Shown one piece after another: positions 23,113 through 32,904 of a stretch of DNA of 64,000 nucleotides. Made by a program: the position numbers and the translations under genes. Within the stretch, counting starts at the first letter, position 1, and each line of letters begins with the position of its first letter. The notes under the pieces were generated by a model. The model saw only the letters and a program-made list of their open reading frames with translations. It did not search any database and was not told the DNA's origin. This stretch comes from an uncultured Actinomycetota bacterium (lineage in GTDB: Bacteria > Actinomycetota > Actinomycetes > Propionibacteriales > Nocardioidaceae), in NCBI GenBank assembly GCA_963825985.1, contig CAWGVK010000014.1, positions 21,334-85,333 on the forward strand. Direction: 5' to 3'.

Positions 23113-23553
23113 ATGCGTCAACGCCATGCCGTCATCCGTCAGATCTACGTCTCGGGCGCGATGCTGGCCTTTGCCGCGTCGTTCGTGCAGCTCTGGGAGC
23201 CCGAGCCCGAGGACGTCGACAGCACCTACGCGACCATGAACCTGTGGTCGGCCGTCGCGGCCGACCAGGGCGGCGCTGCTGCCATGGGGGTGCTGCTCAT
23301 CCTGGTCCTGATCGGCACCGCCGTGACCGGCGGAGCCCGGACGGCCTATGGACGTGGGGTGCCCCTGACCGTCCTGGCCATCGGGGCGATCGCCCTGCTC
23401 CTGCTGCTCACCAAGCCCGAGGCCGGCGACCCGCCACCCGACTTCGGGCCGGGAGCGAGCCTGATGTTCGGCACGACCCTGCTCCTCATGGTCACGGCCC
23501 TGGTCGACGCCGTCGTGCCGCCGCCACCCGCCCGCCCGGCTGAGAGCTCCTGA
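23113..23553 (+). CDS. Hypothetical membrane protein (~4 TM)
   Basis: GGGAG RBS, four hydrophobic segments. Confidence 0.65.
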   Translation: MRQRHAVIRQIYVSGAMLAFAASFVQLWEPEPEDVDSTYATMNLWSAVAADQGGAAAMGVLLILVLIGTAVTGGARTAYGRGVPLTVLAIGAIALLLLLTKPEAGDPPPDFGPGASLMFGTTLLLMVTALVDAVVPPPPARPAESS

Positions 23554-23569
23554 GCCCTACCGGTGTCGG

Positions 23570-24310
23570 TCAGTACCAGCCGTGGGACTCGCTGTGGCCC
23601 CACGCGCCGCACGGGCTGCCGTAGCGGTCCTGGATGTAGCCGAGGCCCCAGCGGATCTGGGTGACCGGGTTGGTCGCCCAGTCGGCGCCGGCCGAGGCCA
23701 TCTTCTCGCCCGGCAGGGACTGCGGGATGCCGTAGGCCGAGGACGACGGGTTGTCGGCGTACACGTTCCAGTTGGACTCGCGGGTGTAGAGCGAGTCGAG
23801 GCAGCCGAACTGGTCGCTGCCGAAGCCGAACTCTCCGAGCAGCGCCATCGCGATCTCGCGCGGGTCGGCGTCGGAGAGGTCCTCGGTGCCGCTCGCGGAC
23901 GGGCCGTCGGGCTCGGCCAGGGCCGCGGCTTTGACCGGGTCGGTGCCCTCGCGGCGGTCGGCGGAGCGGGACAGCTCGATGCCGCGGTCGGAGTCGGCGG
24001 GTGCCGCGGCCCGCGCGTCGTCGCCGGGCGCGGCGAAGGCGACGTCGGGCTCGGACTCCGGTGCCGAGGAGGCGTCCGAGCTCGCGTCGGCGCCGACCAG
24101 GTTCGACCGGTCGAACGCGGCGGCGCTGGCCCCGGGTGAGGAGGCCAGCAGGCCCCCGCCCACGGTCACCCCGGTGGCGGCGACGGCGACCGACGAGAGG
24201 AGCACGGTCGCCCCGATCGCCTTGCGGGGAACCTCGGTGACAGCCGTCGGTACGGCGGGTCGGGAGGGGGCGCCTCGGTGCTTGGGGACGTGCTTGACGT
24301 GCTTGGGCAA
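23570..24310 (-). CDS. Secreted lytic transglycosylase-like protein
   Basis: N-terminal KHR motif and TM; C-terminal CLDSLYTRESNWN..ADNPSSSAYGIPQSLPG..NPVTQIRWGLGYI..RYGSPCGAW. Confidence 0.88.
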   Translation of the reverse strand: MPKHVKHVPKHRGAPSRPAVPTAVTEVPRKAIGATVLLSSVAVAATGVTVGGGLLASSPGASAAAFDRSNLVGADASSDASSAPESEPDVAFAAPGDDARAAAPADSDRGIELSRSADRREGTDPVKAAALAEPDGPSASGTEDLSDADPREIAMALLGEFGFGSDQFGCLDSLYTRESNWNVYADNPSSSAYGIPQSLPGEKMASAGADWATNPVTQIRWGLGYIQDRYGSPCGAWGHSESHGWY

Positions 24311-24453
24311 GAGTCTGGGATCCCGGAGGTAGACGACAGCGACTTCGGCGGCTCGACGCTGTGCCCCCGGTCAGGTCCCTCGACACCCTGCCGGTTGCGG
24401 CACGAGCACGCAAACCGAACCCTGATATCCGGTGAACAAATCGGGCGCTCGGC

Positions 24454-24496
24454 GGTGCTGGTGTGTCCCGCCTGTCGCACAGGTCACACCAGCACC
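24454..24496 (-). terminator. Hairpin after phoH2
   Basis: GGTGCTGGTGTG / CACACCAGCACC 12-bp arms with inner CCTGT/ACAGG stem. Confidence 0.6.
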
Positions 24497-24501
24497 ACGA
24501 G

Positions 24502-25827
24502 TCACAAGGTGACGTTCTCCAGCATCTCGGTCACCAGTGCCGCGATCGGTGAGCGCTCGGAGCGGGTGAGCGTGACGTGCGCGAACAACGGGTGCCCCTT
24601 GAGCTTCTCGATGACCGCCACCACGCCGTCGTGCCGCCCCACCCGGAGGTTGTCGCGCTGGGCGACGTCGTGGGTGAGCACGACCTTGGAGTTGGCGCCG
24701 ATCCGCGAGAGCACGGTGAGCAGCACGTTGCGCTCGAGCGACTGGGCCTCGTCGACGATCACGAAGGCGTCGTGCAACGACCGGCCGCGGATGTGGGTGA
24801 GCGGCAGCACCTCGAGCATGCCGCGGGCGAGGATCTCCTCGACGACCTCGGGGCTGGTCATCGAGCCGAGGGTGTCGAAGACCGCCTGGCCCCACGGCGA
24901 CATCTTCTCCGACTCCGAGCCGGGCAGGTAGCCGAGCTCCTGGCCGCCGACGGCGAACAGCGGCCGGAAGACGACGACCTTCTTGTGCAGCCCGCGCTCC
25001 ATCACGGCCTCGAGCCCGGCGCACAGGGCCATCGCCGACTTGCCCGTGCCGGCGCGCCCCCCGAGGGAGACGATGCCGACCTCGGGGTCGAGCAGGAGCT
25101 CGAGCGCGACCCGCTGCTCGGCGCTGCGACCGTGGATGCCGAACGCCTCGCGATCGCCGCGGACGAGGTGGACCTGCTTGTCGGGACCGACCCTGGCGAG
25201 CGCCGTACCCCGGTCGGACAGGAGCACCAGCCCCTGGTGGCACGGCAGGTCGCGGGCCCCCTCGAGGTCGACCACGCCGTCGTCGTACAGCTCGTCGAGG
25301 ACGGCGGCCTCGACGTCGAGCTCGGCCATCCCGGTGTAGCCGGTGTCGGAGTCACTGATCGTCTCGGCGCGGTACTCCTGCGCGTCGAGGCCGACCGCCG
25401 AGGCCTTGATCCGCATCGGGAGGTCCTTCGAGACCAGCGTGACGTCGTGGCCCTCGTTGGCCAGGTTGCGTGCCACGGCCAGGATGCGGGTGTCGTTGTC
25501 GCCCAGCCGGAACCCCGACGGCAGCGAGTCGGCGTCGGTGTGGTTGAGCTCGACGCGGATCGTGCCGCCGTCCTCGCCCACGGGCACCGGCTCGTCGAGA
25601 CGTCCGTGGGTGATCCGCAGCTCGTCGAGGATCCGCAGCGCCGAGCGGGCGAAGAACCCGAGCTCGGGGTGGTGTCGCTTCCCCTCCAGCTCGGTGATCA
25701 CCACGACGGGCAGCACCACCTCGTGCTCGGCGAACCGGCGCAGCGCACCGGGATCGGCGAGCAGCACGCTGGTGTCGAGGACGTAGGTGCGGTGCTCGGT
25801 GTGGACGTGGGCTGCGGCAGTGGCCAC
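24502..25827 (-). CDS. phoH2: PIN-PhoH ATPase fusion (PhoH2 family)
   Basis: [15 protein letters not shown] motif, [19 protein letters not shown] Walker [15 protein letters not shown]. Confidence 0.9.
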   Translation of the reverse strand: MATAAAHVHTEHRTYVLDTSVLLADPGALRRFAEHEVVLPVVVITELEGKRHHPELGFFARSALRILDELRITHGRLDEPVPVGEDGGTIRVELNHTDADSLPSGFRLGDNDTRILAVARNLANEGHDVTLVSKDLPMRIKASAVGLDAQEYRAETISDSDTGYTGMAELDVEAAVLDELYDDGVVDLEGARDLPCHQGLVLLSDRGTALARVGPDKQVHLVRGDREAFGIHGRSAEQRVALELLLDPEVGIVSLGGRAGTGKSAMALCAGLEAVMERGLHKKVVVFRPLFAVGGQELGYLPGSESEKMSPWGQAVFDTLGSMTSPEVVEEILARGMLEVLPLTHIRGRSLHDAFVIVDEAQSLERNVLLTVLSRIGANSKVVLTHDVAQRDNLRVGRHDGVVAVIEKLKGHPLFAHVTLTRSERSPIAALVTEMLENVTL

Positions 25828-25871
25828 GAGGAACCCCTTCACGAGACCGCGCGCGCACTTCTCGCCGGTCC

Positions 25872-25976
25872 TCAGTCAGCGCAGATGGACCGGAGAGGAG
25901 CCCGAACGCCGAAGTGCCGGCGTCCTCCCACCACGACGGCGTCGCCGCCGGCGGTGAACAGGTCGTGATGTCTCAC
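25872..25976 (-). CDS. Candidate 34-aa upstream peptide in the phoH2 leader
   Basis: GGGAGG-7nt-GTG; [34 protein letters not shown]. Confidence 0.35.
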   Translation of the reverse strand: MRHHDLFTAGGDAVVVGGRRHFGVRAPLRSICAD

Positions 25977-26099
25977 GCTCGGGCCTCCCGATGCGGCGAG
26001 CTTCCCCACTCGCCACTGGATCCGAAGTTACGCCGCGTCACCGGGCCTGGAGTGCCGACACGCCCGAACGCGGGATGACGGGGAGGTTACGGGCCCGGC

Positions 26100-26876
26100 T
26101 CACTTGCCGAGTCGGCGCTCGCGCTGCGCGTAGGCGCGGATGGCGCGCAGGAAGTCGACACGGCGGAAGTCGGGCCAGTAGGCCTCGCAGAAGTAGAACT
26201 CCGACTTCGCGCTCTGCCACAGCAGGAACCCGCCGAGACGCTGCTCGCCGGAGGTGCGGATGACGAGGTCGGGGTCGGGCTGGCCCTTGGTGTAGAGGTG
26301 GTCGGCGATGTGCTCGACGTCGAGGATCTGCGCGAGCTCCTCCAGCGAGGTGCCCTTCGCGGCGTGCTCGTGCAGCAGGGAGCGGACGGCGTCGGCGATC
26401 TCGCGGCGGCCGCCGTACCCGACCGCGACGTTGACGAGCATGCCGTCGACGTCGGCGGTGGCCTCCGCGGCGGCCTTGAGCCGGCGCGCCAGGTCGTCGG
26501 GCAGCAGGTCGAGCGCGCCGACCGGGTGCAGCCGCCAGCGCCGCTGGTCGGCCAGGGAGTCGACGGCGTCGCCGATGATCTCGAGCAGGGGGGTGAGCTC
26601 GGCCTCGGGGCGGTTGAGGTTGTCGGTGCTGAGCAGCCAGAGGGTGACGACCTCGATGCCGACCTCGTCGCACCATCCCAGCAGGGGCTCGATGTTGGCG
26701 GCGCCTGCGTGGTGGCCGTGGGCGGTGTCGCGGCCGACCGCGCGCGCCCAGCGGCGGTTGCCGTCGAGCATCACGCCGACGTGCTGAGGCAGGCTGTCGC
26801 CCGGCATCCGACGCAGCACCCGCGCCTCGTAGGCCGGATAGAGCACCCGCCGCACCCCACGCTTCCAGTCCGCCAC
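26100..26876 (-). CDS. cis-isoprenyl diphosphate synthase (short-chain, Rv1086-like)
   Basis: HVGVMLDGNRRWA, LWLLSTDNLNR, PDPDLVIRTSGEQRLGGFLLWQS; TACGAT -10 box before GTG 26876. Confidence 0.92.
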   Translation of the reverse strand: MADWKRGVRRVLYPAYEARVLRRMPGDSLPQHVGVMLDGNRRWARAVGRDTAHGHHAGAANIEPLLGWCDEVGIEVVTLWLLSTDNLNRPEAELTPLLEIIGDAVDSLADQRRWRLHPVGALDLLPDDLARRLKAAAEATADVDGMLVNVAVGYGGRREIADAVRSLLHEHAAKGTSLEELAQILDVEHIADHLYTKGQPDPDLVIRTSGEQRLGGFLLWQSAKSEFYFCEAYWPDFRRVDFLRAIRAYAQRERRLGK

Positions 26877-27005
26877 CTGTCGATCGTAGGTCACCCGGCC
26901 CGGTGTCGTGTCTGCTTCGACGGGTACGCCGTGAGGTGTCACGATGTCGCTGACATCACACTGCTGACCCCCTGCTCACCCCGGAGCTCCCAGGAGAAGG
27001 ACACG

Positions 27006-27905
27006 ATGAACGCTGACTGGCACCCCGACCCGACCGGACGACACGAGCTCCGCTACTTCGACGGCTCCCAGTGGACCGAGCACGTCGTCGACGCCGGCGT
27101 GCAGTCGACGTCACCGATGGACGCCGCCGCGCCCGCGGCCCAGGCAGCGCCGGTCCAGCAGCAGCCCGCCCAGCAGGCCCAGCCCGTCCAGCAGGCGCAG
27201 CCGGCGGGCCAGCAGGGCTTCGGTGGCGACACCTTCGCGGGCATCTCGGGCGACCTGATCGACGGTCGCTTCTCGGAGGTGGCCGGCGCGGGTCCGCAGC
27301 TGCAGAACGGCAAGATGCTGCGGGTGCGCGTCACCGAGCCGTTCATGGCCCGGCAGGGCTCGATGGTCGCCTACCAGGGCAACGTCACCTTCGCCTACCA
27401 GGGCGGCGGGGCCGGGCGCGTGATCAAGAAGGCCCTCACCGGCGAGGGGCTGCCCCTCATGCGGGTCGAGGGCCAGGGCGACGTGTTCATCGCCGACACC
27501 GCCAAGCACGTGCACCTGCTCCACCTCAACAACACGGGCATCTCGGCCAACGGCAAGAACGTGCTGGCCTTCTCGGCCTCGCTGCAGTGGAACATCGAGC
27601 GGGTCAAGGGAGCCAGCATGATGGCCGGCGGCCTGTTCAACACCACGCTGCGCGGCAGCGGGTGGGTCGCCATCGTCACCGACGGCGAGCCCGTCGTCCT
27701 GAACGCCGCCGAGGCGCCGACCTTCGCCGACACCGACGCCATCGTCGCCTGGTCGGCCCACCTCGACACCACGCTCAAGTCGACGATGAGCGCGGGGGCG
27801 CTGATCGGTCGCGGGTCGGGCGAGGCCGTGCAGGTCGCATTCAGCGGCCAGGGCTTCGTCATCGTGCAGCCCTCCGAGGGCCCGCCGACCCCCGGTTCGG
27901 CCTGA
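27006..27905 (+). CDS. AIM24-family protein with N-terminal DUF2510 domain
   Basis: DWHPDPTGRHELRYFDGSQWTEH; ARQGSMVAYQG, GRGSGEAVQVAFSGQGFVIVQPSE. Confidence 0.85.
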   Translation: MNADWHPDPTGRHELRYFDGSQWTEHVVDAGVQSTSPMDAAAPAAQAAPVQQQPAQQAQPVQQAQPAGQQGFGGDTFAGISGDLIDGRFSEVAGAGPQLQNGKMLRVRVTEPFMARQGSMVAYQGNVTFAYQGGGAGRVIKKALTGEGLPLMRVEGQGDVFIADTAKHVHLLHLNNTGISANGKNVLAFSASLQWNIERVKGASMMAGGLFNTTLRGSGWVAIVTDGEPVVLNAAEAPTFADTDAIVAWSAHLDTTLKSTMSAGALIGRGSGEAVQVAFSGQGFVIVQPSEGPPTPGSA

Positions 27906-27984
27906 CCCCGGCCGACGCTCCACGTGAGGAAGTCCTCATCGCCGTACTTCGGCGCGGCGACCTGCTGACCGATACGCTCGGAGC

Positions 27985-28728
27985 ATGAACGAGGCTCTCC
28001 ACCACGCCAACGAGGCGGTGCGCGCAGGCATGGAGTCCCTCGGCGACAAGGCCGCGGAGAAGTTCGCCGCGGTCAAGCCGAGACTGCGTGGATGGCTGCA
28101 CCTGGTGCTCACGCCGCTGGCGCTGGCCGGCGGCATCGTGCTCGTCTGCCTCTCGCCGACCGCGACCACCCGGGTGGGCTCGGCGGTGTTCGCCGCCAGC
28201 GCGCTGCTGCTGTTCGGCATCTCCGCGCTGTACCACACCGGCACCTGGTCGCCGCGGGTGTGGGTGGTGCTGCGGCGCTTCGACCACGCCAACATCTTCA
28301 TCCTGATCGCGGGGTCGTACACCCCGCTGACCCTGATCCTGCTCGAGGGCACCCAGCGGGTCGTGCTGCTCACGACCGTCTGGTCGTGCGCGCTCCTGGG
28401 CATGGCGTTCCGGGTCTTCTGGACCGACGCCCCGAAGTGGCTCTACGTGCCCCTCTACATCGGCCTGGGCTGGGCGGCGGTCTTCTTCATCCCCGGGTTC
28501 ATCGACGGCGCCAACGCCCTGCTGTCCACCGGCACGGCGATCGCCGTCCTGGTGCTGATCGCCGCCGGCGGGGCGCTCTACACGATCGGCGCCGTGGTCT
28601 ACGGGTTCAAGCGCCCCAACCCGTGGCCGCAGTGGTTCGGCTTCCACGAGATCTTCCACAGCTTCACGATCCTGGCCTTCGTGACTCACTACGTGAGCGT
28701 GTCCTTGGCGACGTACTCGCTGCGCTGA
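27985..28728 (+). CDS. trhA: Hemolysin III / PAQR membrane protein
   Basis: KPRLRGWLH, SALYH, RRFDHANIFILIAGSYTP, FGFHEIFH. Confidence 0.92.
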   Translation: MNEALHHANEAVRAGMESLGDKAAEKFAAVKPRLRGWLHLVLTPLALAGGIVLVCLSPTATTRVGSAVFAASALLLFGISALYHTGTWSPRVWVVLRRFDHANIFILIAGSYTPLTLILLEGTQRVVLLTTVWSCALLGMAFRVFWTDAPKWLYVPLYIGLGWAAVFFIPGFIDGANALLSTGTAIAVLVLIAAGGALYTIGAVVYGFKRPNPWPQWFGFHEIFHSFTILAFVTHYVSVSLATYSLR

Positions 28729-28911
28729 GCCTCAGCATCCGAGGCTGCCTCTCCGTCTGAACGGGTGGAGGTGCACATGACGTAGGAGTTCGCCGACACC
28801 CGCCAGTGGCGGCGGCCTTGGCGTTGTTGAGGGGGGCGTCGTCGAGCTTGGACGGCGCCCGTGTCATCCACCGCGCGGTGAGCGGTGGGAGCGGCTGGCT
28901 ACCGTGGAGTC

Positions 28912-29280
28912 ATGGCCACCATCGAGCTGACCGGTGAGAACTTCGCGTCCCACGTCGAGGACGACGACATCCTGTTCGTCGACTTCTGGGCGAGCTGGTG
29001 CGGACCGTGCCAGCAGTTCGCACCCACCTACGAGGCAGCCTCCGAGGCCCATCCGGACATCACCTTCGGGTCCATCAACACCGAGGAGCAGCGCGACCTC
29101 TCCTCGGCCGCGGGCATCAAGTCGATCCCGACCCTGATGGTCTTCCGGGACGGCATCCTGGTCTTCTCCCAGCCCGGCGCGCTGCCGGCGGCCGGGCTCG
29201 ACCAGGTGATCGCCGGCGTCCGTGGGCTCGACATGTCCGAGGTCCGTCGTCAGATCGCGGCGGAGGCCGGTCCGGGCTGA
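28912..29280 (+). CDS. Thioredoxin
   Basis: DFWASWCGPC, IKSIPTLMVFRDG; TACCGT -10 box 6 nt before ATG. Confidence 0.92.
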   Translation: MATIELTGENFASHVEDDDILFVDFWASWCGPCQQFAPTYEAASEAHPDITFGSINTEEQRDLSSAAGIKSIPTLMVFRDGILVFSQPGALPAAGLDQVIAGVRGLDMSEVRRQIAAEAGPG

Positions 29281-29282
29281 GC

Positions 29283-29308
29283 CCGGTCCGGGACGTCATC
29301 CGGACCGG
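29283..29308 (+). terminator. Hairpin after thioredoxin
   Basis: CCGGTCCGG-N8-CCGGACCGG. Confidence 0.55.
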
Positions 29309-29347
29309 CGGTTCCCACCGCCGACCCGGATGACCTCCCGCGCCTTA

Positions 29348-29379
29348 CACAAGACCTCTTGTGCAAGACCTCTTGTGCA
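29348..29379. promoter_or_regulatory. Putative double operator of the ArsR-MFS operon
   Basis: CAAGACCTCTTGTG x2 in tandem (29350-29377); first copy forms palindrome CACAAGA-CC-TCTTGTG; TACGGT -10 box at 29382. Confidence 0.7.
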
Positions 29380-29393
29380 CCTACGGTGGGCTC

Positions 29394-29972
29394 ATGACGA
29401 GCTCGGGCCCCGACCAGGCACAGGTCGACGTCGTCGTCGCCGTGCACCACCCGCTTCGGCGTCGGCTGCTGGAGATGCTCACGCTCGACGGCCCGGCCAC
29501 CGCGAGCGCGCTGGCCGGGCGCACCGACCAGCTGGTGGGCAACATCAGCCACCACCTCAAGGTGCTGGCCCGCGCCGGGCTGATCGCGGAGGCGCCCGAG
29601 CTGGCCAAGGACCGGCGCGAACGCTGGTGGCGCGCGCAGCGGCTCGGCATCTCCTGGTCGGTGGCCGACGCGGCCGGCGACGCGGCCGGTGAGGCGCTGC
29701 TGGGAGCGGCCGAGCAGCAGAACCTCGCCCACCAGGTGGGCAAGGTGCAGCAGTGGTACGCCGAGCGCGACGGCTACGACGAGGCGTGGCAGCGCGCCGC
29801 GTTCAGCACCGACACGTGGATCGAGGTGACCGCCGACGAGCTGAGCGCGATCACCGAGCAGATCGCGGAGCTGCTGCGGCCCTACGCGGCGACCAGCCGC
29901 GAGCCCGACCCCGACGGGCCCCCGCGCCAGCGGGTGTTCGTCTTCTCCCACGGCGTCCCCGCACGGTCATGA
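29394..29972 (+). CDS. ArsR-type winged-helix regulator
   Basis: HPLRRRLLEML..DGPATASALA..GNISHHLKVLARAGLI..DRRERWW. Confidence 0.88.
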   Translation: MTSSGPDQAQVDVVVAVHHPLRRRLLEMLTLDGPATASALAGRTDQLVGNISHHLKVLARAGLIAEAPELAKDRRERWWRAQRLGISWSVADAAGDAAGEALLGAAEQQNLAHQVGKVQQWYAERDGYDEAWQRAAFSTDTWIEVTADELSAITEQIAELLRPYAATSREPDPDGPPRQRVFVFSHGVPARS

Positions 29973-31234
29973 CCGCACGTGGCACCTCAGCAGACTCAGA
30001 GATCCCGCCGCTGCGGCGCGACCGGCGCGTCCAGGTGTGGGTGGGCGCGGTCGCCCTCTCCAGCGTCGGCGACGTCGCCTGGTACATCGGGCTCGCGTGG
30101 ACCGCCGCCCAGGTGGCCGGGCCGGTGGCGGCCGGCCTGGTGATGGGGATCGGCACGGTCCCGAAGGCCCTGTTCCTGCTCGTGGGCGGCGCCGTCGCCG
30201 ACCGCTGGGACGCCCGCCGCACGATGGTCGCCACCCACGCGGGGCGGGTCGTCGTCCTGCTGACGGGCGTGGCGGTCGCCGAGACCTCGGTCGTCTCCCT
30301 GCCCCTGCTGGTCGTCGTCGCGCTGCTCTTCGGTGCGCTCGACGCGCTGCACGACCCGGCGTCCGGCACGATGCCGCGCCAGCTGGTGCGGCCCGACGAC
30401 CTGGCCGCCACCGCGGCCATGTTCCAGCTGGGCGGTCGGGTCGCCACCCTGGTCGGCGCTCCGCTGGGCGGGCTCGTCGTGGCGACCGGCGGGCTGACCG
30501 CGGTGATGCTGCTCGACGCGGCCACGTTCGCGGTGATCGCCGTGGTGCTGGTGGTCGTGGTCCACCCCCGCTTCCCGCTGGAGCGCTCGACGGGAACCGG
30601 CGTGCTCGCCGACCTCCGGGCCGGATTGGGCTACCTGCGACGCACGGCGAACGTGCGGGTGCTGGTGCTCGCCATCTCCGGGCTCAACCTCTTCGTCGGC
30701 CCCGTCCTGGCCGTCGGCCTGGTGCTGCGCACCGACGAGGACGGCTGGGGCGCGGGCAGCCTCGGGCTGTTCCAGGCCGCCGTCGGCGCCGGGGCCGCGG
30801 TCGGCGCGATCGTCGCCGTCCGCTGGCGGCCGCGACGGCCCGCGCGTGTCGGGCTGCTGATGCTCGTGGGCCAGGCGGCGGCCTGTGCCGCCGTCGGCGT
30901 GGTGCCGTACGCCGGCGTGCTCGCCGCGATGCTGACCATCGGTGTCACCGCCGGCCTCGCCTCGGCCCTGGTGTCCGGCGCCTTCCAGCGCGCGGTCGAC
31001 GGTCCCTACCTGGGCCGGATGTACAGCATCGTCGCGCTCGGCGACAACGTGCTCATGCCCGTGGCCATGACCGGCTTCGGGGCGCTCGCGGCCGGCGCGA
31101 GCGTGGAGGTGGCCTGCGCGATCACCGGCGCCCTGTTCGCCGCGCTCGTGCTGTGGTCGGCGAGCAAGCCGGGGCTCGACGGTGAGGTCGACGCCTCGCT
31201 CACGCCTGCAGCAGCCGACGCTGGGCCTCGTTGA
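29969..31234 (+). CDS. MFS transporter (macrolide-efflux/DHA3-like)
   Basis: ~12 TM, GGAVADRWDARR motif A, YLGRMYS. Confidence 0.88.
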   Translation: MTARGTSADSEIPPLRRDRRVQVWVGAVALSSVGDVAWYIGLAWTAAQVAGPVAAGLVMGIGTVPKALFLLVGGAVADRWDARRTMVATHAGRVVVLLTGVAVAETSVVSLPLLVVVALLFGALDALHDPASGTMPRQLVRPDDLAATAAMFQLGGRVATLVGAPLGGLVVATGGLTAVMLLDAATFAVIAVVLVVVVHPRFPLERSTGTGVLADLRAGLGYLRRTANVRVLVLAISGLNLFVGPVLAVGLVLRTDEDGWGAGSLGLFQAAVGAGAAVGAIVAVRWRPRRPARVGLLMLVGQAAACAAVGVVPYAGVLAAMLTIGVTAGLASALVSGAFQRAVDGPYLGRMYSIVALGDNVLMPVAMTGFGALAAGASVEVACAITGALFAALVLWSASKPGLDGEVDASLTPAAADAGPR

Positions 31235-32420
31235 GAGGTAGCGCCGCCGCGGCGCCGTCGGCCCGTTCGGCCTCGGCGTCCCGCCCGAGCCGTCGCAGCA
31301 GCACCGCCCGCGAGGCGTGCCACCAGGCGTAGCCGTCGAGCCCGTCGATGTCGTCCATCAGGGCGAGGCCGGCAGTGGGCCCGTCGCGGTGCGCGACGGC
31401 GGCGGCGCGGTTGAGCCGGACCACCGGCCCCGGGTCGAGGGTCAGCAGCACGTCGTACCACGACACGATCGCGGCCCAGTCGGTGTCGTCGTAGGTCGGG
31501 GCGAGGGCGTGGCAGGCCGCGATCGCGGCCTGCACGACGTAGCGCTGCGGCCGGTCGGGGGTACGCCGCAGCGCCTCCCCCACCAGCGGGACGGCCTCGG
31601 CGACGGCGGCGGCGTCCCAGCGGGCGCGGTCCTGCTCGGAGAGCAGCGCCGGGCGGCCGTCGGCGCCCAACCGGGTCGCGCGCCGCGAGTCCTGCAGCAG
31701 CATCAGGGCCAGCAGGCCGAGTGCGCCCGGGTCGTCGGGCTGCAGCCGCACCAGCAGCCGCGCGAGCCGGAGCGCCTCCTCGACCAGCGACTCCCGCACC
31801 ACGGTGGCGCCGCTGCTGGCGGCGTACCCCTCGTTGAAGACGAGGTACGCCGTCGCCAGCACCGCCGCCCACCGCTCGGGCAGCTCGGCGTCGGCCGGCA
31901 CCCGGTAGGGGATGTGGGCGTCGCGGATCTTCGCCCGGGCCCGGGTGAGCCGCTTGGCCATCGAGGCCTCGGAGACGAGCAGCGCTCGTGCGACCTCGGC
32001 GGTGTCGAGGCCGCCCAGGGTGCGCAGGGCCAGCGCCACCTGCGTGGCCGGCGCCAGGCTCGGGTGGCAGCAGGTGAAGATCAGCCGCAGCAGGTCGTCG
32101 TCGAGGCTGCTGTCGTCGAAGGCCTCGGGTGGCTCGTCCTGAGGATCCACCGCGGCTGCCTCCTTCGGACCTCGGGCGGCCTCACGGCGTACCAGGTCGA
32201 CGGCGCGGCGCCGCGCGACCAGCCGCATCCAGGCGACCGGGTTGGCCGGCACGCCGTCGCGAGGCCACGTCTCGAGCGCGCGGACGACGGCGTCCTGGAC
32301 GGCGTCCTCGGCGAGCCCGAGGTCACCGGTGACCCGCACCAGGGTGGCCAGGACGTCGCGCCCCGACTCGCGCACGAGCCGGGTCAGGGCGCGGCGCGCG
32401 TCGTCAGTCGTCGCTGCCAC
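31200..32420 (-). CDS. ECF42-type sigma factor with C-terminal TPR-like extension
   Basis: AEDAVQDA, DDDLLRLIFTCCHPSL, YLVFNEGY, LSEQDRARWD, YVVQAAIAACH; paired with a YciI/DGPF gene. Confidence 0.88.
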   Translation of the reverse strand: MAATTDDARRALTRLVRESGRDVLATLVRVTGDLGLAEDAVQDAVVRALETWPRDGVPANPVAWMRLVARRRAVDLVRREAARGPKEAAAVDPQDEPPEAFDDSSLDDDLLRLIFTCCHPSLAPATQVALALRTLGGLDTAEVARALLVSEASMAKRLTRARAKIRDAHIPYRVPADAELPERWAAVLATAYLVFNEGYAASSGATVVRESLVEEALRLARLLVRLQPDDPGALGLLALMLLQDSRRATRLGADGRPALLSEQDRARWDAAAVAEAVPLVGEALRRTPDRPQRYVVQAAIAACHALAPTYDDTDWAAIVSWYDVLLTLDPGPVVRLNRAAAVAHRDGPTAGLALMDDIDGLDGYAWWHASRAVLLRRLGRDAEAERADGAAAALPLNEAQRRLLQA

Positions 32421-32763
32421 CGCCGAAGTCGATGACGGGTCGCACCTCGACCGCCCCCGTCCAGGCAGCCGGGATGGTGGCCGCCCGGGCGATGGCCTCG
32501 TCGAGGTCGGCGCACTCGAGGAGGTAGAAGCCGGTCAGGGCCTCCTTGGTCTCGGCGTAGGGGCCGTCGGTGGCGATCACCTCGCCACCCTTCTCGCTGA
32601 CCCGCACCGTGGTGGCGGTGGCGGTCGGGTAGAGCGCGGCGCCGCCGCGGATGATGGCGGCGGCCGCCTCGCCGAAGTCGTTCCACTCGGCCATCTCGCC
32701 GGCGTGCTCGGGGGCGGTCCAGTCGACGTCGGCGGTGAAGGTGAGGGCTGCGTAGAGAGGCAT
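32404..32763 (-). CDS. YciI/DGPF-family protein
   Basis: TDGPYAETKEALTGFYLLECADLDEA..GAVEVRPV. Confidence 0.9.
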   Translation of the reverse strand: MPLYAALTFTADVDWTAPEHAGEMAEWNDFGEAAAAIIRGGAALYPTATATTVRVSEKGGEVIATDGPYAETKEALTGFYLLECADLDEAIARAATIPAAWTGAVEVRPVIDFGGGSDD

Positions 32764-32904
32764 GGGCTTGCTCCTGGTCTCCGAGGGTTCCGGAACGGCG
32801 GGATCGCCGTCCTCACCCTAGAGACGAACGACGCCGGCCGGTGAGGACACGGGATGCCGAGATTTGGGCTTTCCCCGCACGACCGGGACTGGTCAACTGT
32901 CCAG

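Noticed and set aside
24311-24500. c-di-AMP (ydaO) riboswitch before the lytic transglycosylase
   Set aside because: Expected conserved GAAUC / GGAACC / GGGGUGAAU segments are not present
25877-26017. Alternative 46-aa Arg-rich ORF (MASGEARR...) in the phoH2 leader
   Set aside because: Poor codon usage and atypical spacing from the -10 box; the 34-aa ORF with a strong SD is the better candidate
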